The notes: a model not told the origin generated them from the sequence alone. DNA of 64,000 nucleotides from Actinomycetota bacterium (GCA_046046455.1 JBJOJS010000054.1:31434-95433); one strand, 5' to 3'. Numbered from the stretch's first letter, positions 11,777-21,715 are shown. Numbers and translations are program-made.

Positions 11777-12766
11777 TCAGGCGCGTCGATAGAGCACGTC
11801 GGTATCCCAGTGGGTGAAGCCGAGGCTGGAGTAGAGCGCGATGGCCGGGGCGTTGGCGGCGTCGACGTAGAGCATCGCCTGGGTGAGGCCCCGGGCCGCG
11901 AGGAGTCGCAGGCCCGCGATGAGCAGGCAGCGCCCGAGGCCCGTGCCCTGGTGCGCGGGATCGATGCCGATGACGTAGACCTCGCCCAGGGCCTCGTGGC
12001 CGTGGCCGTGGGAGTGGTCCACGCCCTCGGAGTGCAGGCGCTCATGGTCGGCGTCGCCGTGGGGATGGTCGCCGCCATGCACCTTGGTCCAGTGGAACCC
12101 GATGATGTCCCCGCGGTCATCGGTGGCGATGAGGAATCCCGACGGATCGAACCACGACTCAGCGGTGCGTCGATGCAGATCGTCGAGTGACCATCCACCC
12201 TGATCGGGGAGATCGGCGAAGGCTGCCGCATTGACCGTGAGCCACGCTTCGTCGTCCATGCCGGGCAGGAAGGTGCGCAGGTGCACGCCCGACGGCAGAG
12301 GTGCATCGGGGAGCGGAGTCATGAGCGAGCGGCGCATCTGCCAGAGCACGCGCGCGCGCGCGAAGCCGAGTTCCTCCGCGAGCCCGGTGGCCGCGGCGCT
12401 CTCGCCGTGCGCCCACAGGCGCATGCCACGCCCCGGTGCATCGCGCTCGCTCACGCGGATGAGCTCGTCGACCAGCGCGTGGCCGAGGCCGTGGCGTCGC
12501 GTCGACGGTGCCACAACGACCTCTGCGCTCGGCCCTTCGACGAGGTCGGTGACGTCGAGGTGGGCGTACCCCACGAGTCGACCGTCCGGGCCGTCGGTCC
12601 TCGCGAGGAGATGGCGTACGTCGGCATCGCCACCATGGCGCAGGTGCAGCATGACGTGCTCGGAAAGGGGGGTCATGCCGTCGTATCGGGTGGCGTCGTC
12701 CACCAGGTCGAAGACGTCGAGGACCTCAGCTCGCTCGAGGTGGCTGCGGACCTCGATCTCGGTCAT
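11777..12766 (-). CDS. mshD: Mycothiol synthase (tandem GNAT)
   Basis: [33 protein letters not shown] and LYVDAAN. Confidence 0.93.
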   Translation of the reverse strand: MTEIEVRSHLERAEVLDVFDLVDDATRYDGMTPLSEHVMLHLRHGGDADVRHLLARTDGPDGRLVGYAHLDVTDLVEGPSAEVVVAPSTRRHGLGHALVDELIRVSERDAPGRGMRLWAHGESAAATGLAEELGFARARVLWQMRRSLMTPLPDAPLPSGVHLRTFLPGMDDEAWLTVNAAAFADLPDQGGWSLDDLHRRTAESWFDPSGFLIATDDRGDIIGFHWTKVHGGDHPHGDADHERLHSEGVDHSHGHGHEALGEVYVIGIDPAHQGTGLGRCLLIAGLRLLAARGLTQAMLYVDAANAPAIALYSSLGFTHWDTDVLYRRA

Positions 12767-13506
12767 CCCCCGGCCCGGCTCTGGATCTCGACCTGAGCCT
12801 CGGCCTCGGTCTCGAGCGTGGAGACGGTGGCCTCATCGGGTCGGGCGGGGACGAAGCGGTAGCCGACATTGCGGACCGTGCCGATGAGCGCCTCGTGCTC
12901 GGGGCCGAGCTTGGCCCGCAGTCGGCGCACGTGCACATCGACGGTGCGAGTGCCACCGAAGTAGTCGTAGCCCCAGACCTCCTGGAGCAGTTGCGCGCGG
13001 CTGAAGACCCGACCGGGATGCTGAGCGAGGTAGCGGAGCAGCTCGAACTCCTTGAAGGTCAGGTCGAGCGTGCGGTTGCGCACGCGCGCAACGTAACCCG
13101 CCTCGTCGATCGACAGGTCGCCGCTGCGGATTTCGCCGGGACCATCGTCGGGCTGCACGTCGAGCCGCGCGACGGCAAGGCGCAGTCGCGCCTCGAGCTC
13201 CGCCGGCCCGCAGGTGTCGACCACGAACTCGTCGATGCCCCAGTCGCGCTGGAGTGCCGTGAGACCGCCCTCGGTGACGATGACGATGAGTGCGTGCTCG
13301 ATGCCGGTCTGACGGATCAGGCGGGTGAGGCTGCGCACCTGCGGCAGGTCGCGCCGTCCATCGACGAGGACCGCATCGCACGGCGGCGCGTCCAGGAGCG
13401 CCGTCGCCTGTGCCGGGAGGATGCGCACGGCGTGGGGGAGCAGGCTGAGCGCCGGCAGGACCTCCACGGAGGGCTCCACCGCCTGGGTGAGCAGCAGCAG
13501 GCGCAC
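12763..13506 (-). CDS. glnR: Orphan OmpR-family nitrogen regulator GlnR
   Basis: LLLLT...EVLPAL.LLPH.VR...VDGRRDL...VTEGGL...WGIDE...[12 protein letters not shown]; [10 protein letters not shown] and [25 protein letters not shown]; upstream of mshD. Confidence 0.9.
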   Translation of the reverse strand: MRLLLLTQAVEPSVEVLPALSLLPHAVRILPAQATALLDAPPCDAVLVDGRRDLPQVRSLTRLIRQTGIEHALIVIVTEGGLTALQRDWGIDEFVVDTCGPAELEARLRLAVARLDVQPDDGPGEIRSGDLSIDEAGYVARVRNRTLDLTFKEFELLRYLAQHPGRVFSRAQLLQEVWGYDYFGGTRTVDVHVRRLRAKLGPEHEALIGTVRNVGYRFVPARPDEATVSTLETEAEAQVEIQSRAGG

Positions 13507-13525
13507 TACGGGAGGATACCGACCT

Positions 13526-14353
13526 GTGACCCAGGCACCCGGCGTCGGGCGGCACCGGATCCCGGTGCCCGCTGAGGCGGAGCCACTCGCTCTGACCAGC
13601 CAGGACGGTGTATCGCTCGCGGCCATGCACCTGGCGCATCCCACGAGCACGACGGCGATCGTGGTGGCCCACGGCTTCGGTGGCGCACACGATCAGGAGC
13701 GCGTGGAGCGCATCGCCCGCATCCTGAGCGAGGACGCCGGGGTCGTCGCGGTGACGCAGCGCGGCCACGGCGACTCGGCGGGCATGACGACACTGGGTCA
13801 TCGCGAGCCGATGGATGTCGATGCGGCCGTGGCGTGGGCACGCGGGGCTGGGTACGAGCGCGTCGTCACGGTCGGCTTCTCGATGGGTGCCGCAGTGGTC
13901 CTGCGTCATGCTGCACTGCTCGGTCCGGGATCCAGCGATGCCGTTATCGGGGTGAGCGGTCCGGCGTACTGGTTCTACCGGGGGACGACACCGATGCGCT
14001 GGCTGCATCGCGGCATCTCCACGCCCGCGGGCCGCGCCTACATCCGCACCGCGCTCGGCACGCGCGTGGATCCCACTCCTTGGCCCGATCCGCCTCCGAT
14101 GCCGCCCACGGAGGCGGCCGCTCGCGTGCGCGACCATGACATCGACCTGCTCATCGTCCACGGTGACGCGGACGCATTCTTCCCACTTGACCACCCGCGC
14201 GCGCTGCATGAGGCCGCGCCGGGATCCGAGCTGTGGATCGAGCCGGGTTTCGGCCACGCGGAGGGGGCGATCGAGGAGGATCTCGTACGACGCATCGGCG
14301 CATGGGCCACGCAGGGGCCGGGGCGACAGGCTCCGAGCGCCTCTTCGGGCTAG
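13526..14353 (+). CDS. Alpha/beta hydrolase
   Basis: HGFGG, RGHGDS, nucleophile elbow GFSMG, HGDAD and GHAE. Confidence 0.85.
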   Translation: MTQAPGVGRHRIPVPAEAEPLALTSQDGVSLAAMHLAHPTSTTAIVVAHGFGGAHDQERVERIARILSEDAGVVAVTQRGHGDSAGMTTLGHREPMDVDAAVAWARGAGYERVVTVGFSMGAAVVLRHAALLGPGSSDAVIGVSGPAYWFYRGTTPMRWLHRGISTPAGRAYIRTALGTRVDPTPWPDPPPMPPTEAAARVRDHDIDLLIVHGDADAFFPLDHPRALHEAAPGSELWIEPGFGHAEGAIEEDLVRRIGAWATQGPGRQAPSASSG

Positions 14354-14362
14354 GCTGACGTC

Positions 14363-14464
14363 ATGCTCGAGATCGTCTACACGGGACTCCTCGTCCTCGC
14401 GATCCTCTTCATCACGTGGTTCTCGGGCTACGTCGTCTACAAGCTCTTCAAGGGCCAGGGCTAG
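14363..14464 (+). CDS. 33-aa single-pass membrane microprotein (not in ORF track)
   Basis: Translates as MLEIVYTGLLVLAILFITWFSGYVVYKLFKGQG*. TAGGCT lies 6 nt before the ATG, codons are GC3-rich, and the stop abuts the next ATG. Confidence 0.8.
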   Translation: MLEIVYTGLLVLAILFITWFSGYVVYKLFKGQG

Positions 14465-14983
14465 ATGTCCGTCTCGGACCTGCCCGAGGAGCTCATCCCG
14501 CTCTCGTGGCTCATCGGCCGCTGGGCGGGCGTGGGACTCGGCCAGTACCCCACGATCGAGGACTTCCGCTTCGGCCAGGAGGTCTCCTTCATCACCGACG
14601 GTCGCCCCTTCCTGTCCTACGCCTCGCGCAGCTGGCTGCTGGATGACGACGGGGAGAAGGTGCGTCCCCTTGCACTCGAGACGGGCTTCTGGCGCCCGCG
14701 CCCCGATGGCGAGGTGGAGGTGACGCTCGCGCATCCGACGGGCTACTCCGAGCTCTGGCTCGGCACCCACGAGGTGCTCGGCATCGAGGATGCGCGCATC
14801 ACCGGCGCACGGGCGACCCTGCGCACCGATGTCATCGCCGCGTCTCCGAGCGCCAAGCCCTACTCCGCGGGAGAGCGTCTCTACGGACTCGTCAACGGCG
14901 AGCTCATGTGGACCTTCGACATGGCGGCCGTCGGTGAGCCGATGACCAACCACCTGTCCGCTCGCCTGCGCCCGGCTGACTGA
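14465..14983 (+). CDS. FABP-like/nitrobindin (DUF1794) heme-binding beta-barrel
   Basis: LSWLIGRWAGVG.G.YPTI, GRPFLSY, ETGFWR, RLYGLV and NHLSARL. Confidence 0.88.
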   Translation: MSVSDLPEELIPLSWLIGRWAGVGLGQYPTIEDFRFGQEVSFITDGRPFLSYASRSWLLDDDGEKVRPLALETGFWRPRPDGEVEVTLAHPTGYSELWLGTHEVLGIEDARITGARATLRTDVIAASPSAKPYSAGERLYGLVNGELMWTFDMAAVGEPMTNHLSARLRPAD

Positions 14984-14993
14984 GGGTCCCTCC

Positions 14994-15416
14994 GTGGACT
15001 GGGACCAGCGCCTCCACGCCCGCGGCTATCGCGTCACCCCGCAGCGCACCCTCGTGCTCGCCGCCGTCAATGATCTCGGCCACGCCACCCCCGAGGAGAT
15101 CCTCGCGCGGGTGCAGTCCGACGCGCCCAAGGTCAACCTGTCCACCGTCTATCGCACCCTCGACGTACTCGAGGATGTCGGCCTCGTCACCCACGCGCAC
15201 CTCGGTCACGGATCGCCGACGTACCACTCCGTCGACGACGACGTGCACATCCACCTCGTGTGCCGTCGTTGCGATGGCATCGAGTCGATCCCCGCCACCG
15301 TCGCCCGCGACTTCCTCGAGGCCCTCGATCGCGAGCAGGGTTTCTCGACGGACGTGGGCCACATGGCCATCCACGGCGTGTGCCGCACGTGCCGGGAAGG
15401 CCAGGACGATGAGTGA
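14994..15416 (+). CDS. Fur-family transcriptional regulator
   Basis: GYRVTPQR, STVYRTL, HIHLVCRRC and HGVCRTC. Confidence 0.92.
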   Translation: MDWDQRLHARGYRVTPQRTLVLAAVNDLGHATPEEILARVQSDAPKVNLSTVYRTLDVLEDVGLVTHAHLGHGSPTYHSVDDDVHIHLVCRRCDGIESIPATVARDFLEALDREQGFSTDVGHMAIHGVCRTCREGQDDE

Positions 15417-16485
15417 TGTTGCCCAGGAGGTGACGGAGTACCGCAGCCCCGCCCTCGATCTCCCCGGTGCGTGCCCCCCGCCGGTGGGATCACCCGACGA
15501 GGGCGTGCCCTGGCACTACGGCGATCCGCACGCGGAGCAGCGGCGCCTCGCGGGTGCCCGCGGCGCCGTCGATCTCTCCCATCGCGGCGTCATCACCGTC
15601 ACCGGACCCGATCGGCTCACCTGGCTGCACAGCCTCACCACACAGCACCTGGAGTCGCTGACCCCGGGATCATCGACCACCGCACTCATCCTCAGCCCGC
15701 ACGGCCATGTCGAGCACGAGATGCACGTGGCCGATGACGGCACCACGACCTGGATCACCGTCGAGCCTGGCGATGCCCCGGCTCTCGTCGCGTATCTCGA
15801 CTCGATGCGCTTCATGCTGCGCGTCGATGTCGCGGATGTTAGCGCCGACTGGGCGGTCGTGTGGCAGCCGCTGCGTGAAGTCGACCCCGATCACGTCACC
15901 TGGCTCGTGCCCGCCGACATGGCGGGCGTGGGGACCACCGACGCGGGCAGCGACCGTGGCGGCACGGCATCCAAGTACGTCGACCATCGCCCGGATGTGC
16001 TCGTCGGACGCGAGGTGATCGTGCCGCGCAATGACGTGCTGGAGGTCCTGGGCGATGAGCCCGCGGGCACGTGGGCCCTCGAAGCCCTGCGCGTCGCCGC
16101 GGCCGTGCCGCGCCTCGGGCACGAGACGGACCATCGCACGCTCCCGCATGAGGTCGGCTGGATCGGCCCCGCCGTGCACCTGTCGAAAGGCTGCTACCGC
16201 GGACAGGAGGCCGTCGCGCGGGTACACAACCTCGGTGCTCCGCCGCGTCGGCTCGTGCTGCTCCACCTCGACGGCGGTGCCGAGGCACTCCCCGCTCACG
16301 GCGACGCCGTGCTCCTCGGCGACCGCGAGATCGGTTGGGTGGCATCAGCCGCGCGGCACTACGAACTCGGCCCCATCGCCACCGCGGTCATCAAGCGGTC
16401 GGTCGACCCTGCCGCCGAGGTCGTCGTCCGTGGCGGGGCCGGTGACATTGCCGCATCTCAGGAGCCCGTCATCCTCGTGCGCTAG
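15409..16485 (+). CDS. ygfZ: YgfZ/GcvT-family folate-binding protein
   Basis: VDLSHRGVITVTGPDR..WL and signature KGCYRGQE. Confidence 0.9.
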   Translation: MSDVAQEVTEYRSPALDLPGACPPPVGSPDEGVPWHYGDPHAEQRRLAGARGAVDLSHRGVITVTGPDRLTWLHSLTTQHLESLTPGSSTTALILSPHGHVEHEMHVADDGTTTWITVEPGDAPALVAYLDSMRFMLRVDVADVSADWAVVWQPLREVDPDHVTWLVPADMAGVGTTDAGSDRGGTASKYVDHRPDVLVGREVIVPRNDVLEVLGDEPAGTWALEALRVAAAVPRLGHETDHRTLPHEVGWIGPAVHLSKGCYRGQEAVARVHNLGAPPRRLVLLHLDGGAEALPAHGDAVLLGDREIGWVASAARHYELGPIATAVIKRSVDPAAEVVVRGGAGDIAASQEPVILVR

Positions 16486-16562
16486 TCACTTCGTTGAGTG
16501 GCGACGTATCGCAGTCATCTTCGGCGTGTCGCGTGCGATTACCCGCCACTCAGAGAACGGGA

Positions 16563-17030
16563 TCAGTCGACGTCGATGATGATCGTCGTCGGTCCGTCGT
16601 TCACCAGGCTCACACGCATATCCGCTCCGAATCGACCCGTGGCCACGTCCGCCCCCCGCGAACGCAACTCGTCGGCGACGATGTCGACGAGGGGCTCGGC
16701 GACCGGCCCGGGTGCTGCCGCATCCCACGTGGGGCGACGGCCCTTGCGCGTATCGGCGTAGAGGGTGAACTGCGAGACGACGAGGACGGGCAGGTGGAGG
16801 TCGGACGCCGAGACCTCCCGGGGACCCTCCGGCACCGTGCCGGAGTCGAATCGCGACGCGTCGAAGATCCGCAGGTCGTAGGCCTTCTGGGCGAGCTTGC
16901 GGGCGATCGCCTCGTCGTCGGTGTGCGTGACACCGACGAGCATGAGCAGCCCCGGACCCTCGATGCGCCCTACGACATCGCCAGCGACGACGACATCGGC
17001 ACCGTCCACCCGCTGCACCACTGCCCGCAT
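16563..17030 (-). CDS. dtd: D-aminoacyl-tRNA deacylase
   Basis: [30 protein letters not shown] and NDGPTT. Confidence 0.95.
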   Translation of the reverse strand: MRAVVQRVDGADVVVAGDVVGRIEGPGLLMLVGVTHTDDEAIARKLAQKAYDLRIFDASRFDSGTVPEGPREVSASDLHLPVLVVSQFTLYADTRKGRRPTWDAAAPGPVAEPLVDIVADELRSRGADVATGRFGADMRVSLVNDGPTTIIIDVD

Positions 17031-17084
17031 GACGGCACCGTAACGCCTGCACGGGCGGCATCGGCCACCTGACAGGATGCCCGC

Positions 17085-17986
17085 GTGAGCGAGATCCTGG
17101 TCGAGGTACGCCGGGGCGGTGTCGTCGAGGGCGTGCACCGCGGCCACGCGGTCGTGCTGGCGCCCGACGGCACGATCCGCGCTCCTCCAATAAGCCCGCT
17201 CAGGCGACCGCCATGGTGCGTGCAGGTCTGCCCCTGGAGGGCGAACTCCTCGCGCTCGCCTGCGCATCGCACAGCGGCGAGGCCTTCCACCTCGAAGGGG
17301 TACGCCGCATTCTCGACGTAGCCGGCCTCGATGAGTCGAGCCTCCTCACGCCGCCGGAGCTGCCCCTCGACGACGACGTACGCCTCCAGGTGCAGATCGC
17401 TGGAGGTCACGCGACGTCGGCGTACATGAACTGCTCGGGGAAGCACGCGGCCATGCTGCTCACCTGCGTCGTCAACGACTGGTCGACCGTCGACTACACG
17501 GACGTCGATCATCCGCTGCAGCAGGCCATCCGCGTCGAGATGGCCGCGCGAGCGGGCGAGGAGCCGTGGACGGCCGCCGTCGATGGCTGCGGTGCACCGC
17601 TCTTCGGTCTCACGGTCGTCGGGCTGGCCCGTCTCGGGGCATCCATCGCGTCCGCCGAAGACGATGCGGGTCGACGCGTCGCAGCCGCGATGCGCGAGCA
17701 CCCCGAGTGGGTCGCGGGCAGCCGGCGCGATGCCGCGGCACTGCAGCGATCCCTGCCCGGTTCGCTCATCAAGGAAGGCGCCGAAGCCGTCTACCTCGCC
17801 GTGCTGCCGGACGGCCGCTCCGTGGCGCTCAAGATCGAGGACGGCTCCGGTCGAGCCAGGCCCATCGCGATGGCCGGCATCCTGCAGGCGATCGGCATCG
17901 ACAATGAGGTCATCGCGGGGCAGTCGCGTCAGGTGCTCCTCGGCGGTGGTCGGCCGGCCGGAGAGATCGTCGCCACCATCGGCTGA
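17085..17986 (+). pseudogene. L-asparaginase II (AnsA-type) disrupted by a frameshift/deletion near 17180
   Basis: The N-terminus [15 protein letters not shown] is in frame 17085. RSSNKP, ASHSGE, NCSGKH, DGCGAP, KEGAEAV and KIEDGS are in the frame of 17213. Confidence 0.8.
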
Positions 17987-18153
17987 GCGTGGCTGCCCTG
18001 TGGCGGGTCCGTCTCGAATTCCGCGCGCCGGGGCGCGTTCCACGCGGAGTTCGAGGCGGAGGCGTTGATGAGAGGCCCCTTTTGCGGCTGGGTGCCCCGG
18101 CCCGTGCCATGCCACAGGGTGACCCACCTCACGCTAACTCTCGCTAGCACTTC

Positions 18154-18169
18154 GCTTGCAATTGCAAGC
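18154..18169. promoter_or_regulatory. Perfect 16-bp palindrome, candidate operator of the XRE regulator
   Basis: GCTTGCAATTGCAAGC, ending 21 nt before the XRE ATG. Confidence 0.6.
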
Positions 18170-18190
18170 ACTTGAGCGCATCATGGGCAC

Positions 18191-18574
18191 ATGGCACGCA
18201 TCGAGGCACTCGGGGACTACATCCGCGAGCAGCGCGACCAGGCGCAGATGTCCGTCCGGCAGCTTGCCGCGGCGGCGGGGGTCTCCAACCCCTACCTGAG
18301 CCAGATTGAGCGAGGCCTGCGTCGCCCGAGCGCCGACATCCTGAACCGACTCGCCGGCGCCCTGCGCATCTCGGCCGAGACGCTCTACGTCCAGGCCGGG
18401 ATCCTCAGCGAGGACGACCGACCGGAGGCGAGCCTCTCCGTCGTCGACGCCATCGCTGCTGACATCAGCCTCACCGAGGCGCAGCGGCGCACGCTGCTGG
18501 AGATCTACCGGGCCTTCCAGGCCGAGAACCGCGCCGGGGAGACCCCCCGGGACACACGAGAGGACATCGCATGA
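18191..18574 (+). CDS. XRE-family HTH regulator (Rv0474-like)
   Basis: LGDYIREQR...SVRQLA..AGVSNPYLSQIERGLRRPSA...LRISAETLYVQAGIL. Confidence 0.92.
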   Translation: MARIEALGDYIREQRDQAQMSVRQLAAAAGVSNPYLSQIERGLRRPSADILNRLAGALRISAETLYVQAGILSEDDRPEASLSVVDAIAADISLTEAQRRTLLEIYRAFQAENRAGETPRDTREDIA

Positions 18575-19245
18575 GCACGCCCGAGACCCACAAGGTCACC
18601 GCTGCCCAGAACGCCGCATCCCCGACGGCCGCCGCTGCCAAGAAGTCCACGGCCAAGAAGTCCACTGCCAAGAAGGTGTCGGAGAAGGCCAAGCCCAAGA
18701 ACGCCGTCGCTGCGGCTCGTGCGACGACGGCGAAGGCCGCCGCGACCGCGAAGGACACCACCGCCAAGGCCGCGACGACCGCGAAGTCGACCACGCTCAA
18801 GGCTGCGGCCACCGCCAAGGACACCACCGCCAAGGCCGCATCGACTGCGCAGCAGGCCGTCACCAGCGTCACGCCGCGCACGGTGCCCTTCACCTCCATA
18901 GAGATCCCCGTCATCGAGTTCCCGGCGATCGAGATCCCGGCTGTGGAGATTCCGCGCGAGATGCCTTCGGCTGTCGCCGACGTCATCGAGTCGGTCCAGG
19001 AGAGCATGGTCTCCGTGCCTGAGTCCGCGAGTCGGGCCTGGCACCAGGTCACCGATCTCACGCGCGATGCTCGTGAGCAGGTGCACGATCTGGCTGTCGA
19101 CACCCGCGAGCGCGCCGTGCGCATCGCCCGCGAGGCCAAGTCCACCGCGACGTCGGTCGCTCGCGAGGCCAAGTCCACCGCGACCAACGTCGCCCACGGC
19201 GCGGAGCGCACCGTCGTCCTCGTCCGCGAGGCCGTCGGGATCTGA
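18571..19245 (+). CDS. Ala/Thr/Lys-rich repeat protein at the hbhA position
   Basis: AKKST repeats, 11-mers TTAKAAATAKD and REAKSTATxVA; lies between the XRE and DUF2516 genes. Confidence 0.8.
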   Translation: MSTPETHKVTAAQNAASPTAAAAKKSTAKKSTAKKVSEKAKPKNAVAAARATTAKAAATAKDTTAKAATTAKSTTLKAAATAKDTTAKAASTAQQAVTSVTPRTVPFTSIEIPVIEFPAIEIPAVEIPREMPSAVADVIESVQESMVSVPESASRAWHQVTDLTRDAREQVHDLAVDTRERAVRIAREAKSTATSVAREAKSTATNVAHGAERTVVLVREAVGI

Positions 19246-19267
19246 TCTCCGATCAGCATCGCCTCTG

Positions 19268-19300
19268 CGCGCCCCGCCTGCGAAATGCAGGCGGGGCGCG
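19268..19300 (+). terminator. Terminator-like hairpin
   Basis: 14-bp perfect stem CGCGCCCCGCCTGC-gaaat-GCAGGCGGGGCGCG after the repeat-protein gene. Confidence 0.75.
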
Positions 19301-19312
19301 TACGTTGGAGGG

Positions 19313-19591
19313 ATGTTCGACCTCACCCAGAATCTCGTCATCACCGTCCTGTGGGTCGTCTTCGGGGTGGTGAAGATCTGGGCCTTCGTCGATTGCGTCC
19401 GCCGCCCGGCGCAGGCCTTCCCCGCCGTGGGCCGAGTCTCCAAGATGCTGTGGCTCCTGCTCACCGGCATCGCCATGCTCACCGGCCTGATCCCCGGCCT
19501 CACCCTGGGCATCATCGGCATCGCCGGAATCGTCGTCGCGCTCGTCTACCTCTTCGACGTGCGCACGCGGATCGCTGAGATCACCGGCTAG
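19313..19591 (+). CDS. DUF2516-family membrane protein
   Basis: WAFVDCVRRPAQAFPAVG...K..W...LVYLFDVRTRI; TACGTT 6 nt before the ATG. Confidence 0.88.
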   Translation: MFDLTQNLVITVLWVVFGVVKIWAFVDCVRRPAQAFPAVGRVSKMLWLLLTGIAMLTGLIPGLTLGIIGIAGIVVALVYLFDVRTRIAEITG

Positions 19592-19595
19592 GCGC

Positions 19596-20198
19596 TCACA
19601 CCCAACCGCCGCCTTCCGGCAGCTGTCCGTGCTCGGCCCACATCCATAGCGCCGACTGGGTCATTCCTCCGCAGTCGAGTCGGTCCATGCGCCCCGCGTC
19701 ATCGACGATGAAGTACGCGAACGCGGGCGGGGCGGTGCCCCCGCCGGTCTGGTCGGTGACGTCGGTCGCGGGCGGCAGCTTCTCGCGAGGCACCCACGTG
19801 TGGCGGTCGCTGCCGGCGATGAGCAGACCATCGCGCCCGAGGACGTGCAATCCGCGGCGGTAGTGACCGCGCCTCACGTCGCGGCGCTCGGCAAGCCCCT
19901 GCAGCAATTTGCCGGCAGCGAAGACCGCACCGACGAGGCTGACCGCAGCCAGGGCGCCGTAGATGAGCCGCTCCGCGCCCGCAGCGGGATCCAGGCCGGC
20001 TGTGATCGTCGCGCGCACGCTCGCGAAGCCGACGAGGAGCAGTCCGCCGAGCCACGCGGCGGGTATCCAGCTCAGATGGGTGCGACGGGCGAGGAATCGC
20101 GACCCTGCGGGTCGTGGGATCCCGGAGTCCAGCAGCGCCTGCGCGCGCAGGGGCAACTCCTGCGCTGGCACCTGCACGAGGATGCGGTCATCTCCCAT
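19596..20198 (-). CDS. Hypothetical two-TM membrane protein
   Basis: 3' part of ORF 19596..21104; ATG 4 nt after the alaX stop; two hydrophobic segments. Confidence 0.7.
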   Translation of the reverse strand: MGDDRILVQVPAQELPLRAQALLDSGIPRPAGSRFLARRTHLSWIPAAWLGGLLLVGFASVRATITAGLDPAAGAERLIYGALAAVSLVGAVFAAGKLLQGLAERRDVRRGHYRRGLHVLGRDGLLIAGSDRHTWVPREKLPPATDVTDQTGGGTAPPAFAYFIVDDAGRMDRLDCGGMTQSALWMWAEHGQLPEGGGWV

Positions 20199-20202
20199 GC
20201 CA

Positions 20203-20922
20203 TCAGCCCTCGAGGGCGACGCGGATACGCCGGAAGCCCTTGCCCTTGTTCTCCACTTTGACGACGCGCATGCGCCCGACCTGTCGCGTCGACGCCACGT
20301 GAGTACCGCCGTCGGCCTGCATATCGAGCCCGTCGATATCGACGAGCCGCACGATCTCGATGTCGGGGGGCAGGAGATTGGAGGCGGTGCGGATGATGTC
20401 GGGGATCGCGAAGGCTTCCTCCCGGGGCAGTGAGTACGCACGGATCGCCCGATCGGCCTCCACCTCGGCGTTGATCGCATCCTCGACCGCTTCCTTGAAG
20501 CCCTCGGGGATCCCGTCGAGGTTGAAGTCCAGGCGTCCCTCAAGCGGCTCCATGTTGGATCCCGTGACAAGCGCTCCGAAGTCGCGGAAGACCACTCCGG
20601 AGAGCACGTGCAGTCCGGAGTGAGTGCGCATGAGCGCGGTACGCCGCGCGGAGTCGAGAGCACCCTGCACCTGAGTGCCCACGGGGGGCACGGGATCGCC
20701 CTCGACCGGGATGAGCCAGATGTCGTCGCCGGAGCGCCCCCCGACGATGCGTGTCTGCACACCGCCCCAGAGGAGGACGCCGTGATCGGGTGGCTGTCCG
20801 CCGCCACCGGGGTAGAAGGCCGAGCGGTCGAGCACGATGCCCTGCTCGGGATCGACGGCGACCACGGTCGCGCTCCACTCGCGCAGCGTGGCGTCGTCGA
20901 GATCGAGTCGGGTGGTCCCCAT
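20203..20922 (-). CDS. alaX: Alanyl-tRNA editing protein AlaX
   Basis: FYPGGGGQPPD, MRTHSGLH, RLDFN and QADGGTHV. Confidence 0.9.
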   Translation of the reverse strand: MGTTRLDLDDATLREWSATVVAVDPEQGIVLDRSAFYPGGGGQPPDHGVLLWGGVQTRIVGGRSGDDIWLIPVEGDPVPPVGTQVQGALDSARRTALMRTHSGLHVLSGVVFRDFGALVTGSNMEPLEGRLDFNLDGIPEGFKEAVEDAINAEVEADRAIRAYSLPREEAFAIPDIIRTASNLLPPDIEIVRLVDIDGLDMQADGGTHVASTRQVGRMRVVKVENKGKGFRRIRVALEG

Positions 20923-20940
20923 GTCAGCCGCTGTCCGCGC

Positions 20941-21696
20941 TCAACGGCCCTGGTTGGCGACGGCGGCTGCGGCCGTGGCGGCCGCCTCGGGATCGAGGTA
21001 CTCGCCACCGGGCACGATCGGACGCAGGTCCTCGTCGAGGCGGTAGACGAGTGGAATGCCGGTAGGGATGTTGAGCGCGGCGATGTCGGCGTCGGAGATG
21101 CCATCGAGATGCTTGACGAGCGCGCGTAGCGAGTTGCCGTGAGCGGCGACGAGCACCGTCTGCCCGCGGCGCAGGCCTTCCGCGACGATGACGTCCTCCC
21201 AATAGGGAATGAGCCGATGCACGACGTCCTTCAGGCATTCCGTGCGCGGTCGCGCGTCGGGAGGAAGTGAGGCGTAGCGGGGGTCGTAGGTCTGCGCGAA
21301 CTCGCTGTCGGGATCGATCGGCGGAGGGGGCACGTCGTACGAGCGGCGCCAGAGCATGAACTGCTCCTCGCCGTACTGATCGAGCGTGGCCTTCTTGTCC
21401 TTACCCTGCAGATCGCCGTAGTGGCGCTCGTTGAGGCGCCAGTTGCGCACCACGGGGATCCAGGAGCGACCGGCCTCGCCGAGCGCGATGTTGGCGGTCG
21501 TGATTGCACGGGTGAGCAGCGACGTGTGCACGACGTCGGGAAGGATGCCCGACTCGGTGAGGAGTCGTCCGCCGCGCGCAGCCTCCTCGCGACCCTTGTC
21601 CGACAGGCCGACGTCGACCCACCCGGTGAAGAGGTTGCGGGCATTCCACTCGCTCTCGCCGTGGCGGAGGAGCACCAGGGTGTACGGCGCTGTCAT
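20941..21696 (-). CDS. gpmA: 2,3-BPG-dependent phosphoglycerate mutase
   Basis: [34 protein letters not shown] and LNIPTG. Confidence 0.97.
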   Translation of the reverse strand: MTAPYTLVLLRHGESEWNARNLFTGWVDVGLSDKGREEAARGGRLLTESGILPDVVHTSLLTRAITTANIALGEAGRSWIPVVRNWRLNERHYGDLQGKDKKATLDQYGEEQFMLWRRSYDVPPPPIDPDSEFAQTYDPRYASLPPDARPRTECLKDVVHRLIPYWEDVIVAEGLRRGQTVLVAAHGNSLRALVKHLDGISDADIAALNIPTGIPLVYRLDEDLRPIVPGGEYLDPEAAATAAAAVANQGR

Positions 21697-21715
21697 GGCG
21701 CCATCCTGTCAAGCC

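Noticed and set aside
17170-17195. Programmed ribosomal frameshift in the asparaginase gene
   Set aside because: There is no slippery heptamer, and coding sequence appears missing, which favours a deletion or assembly error.
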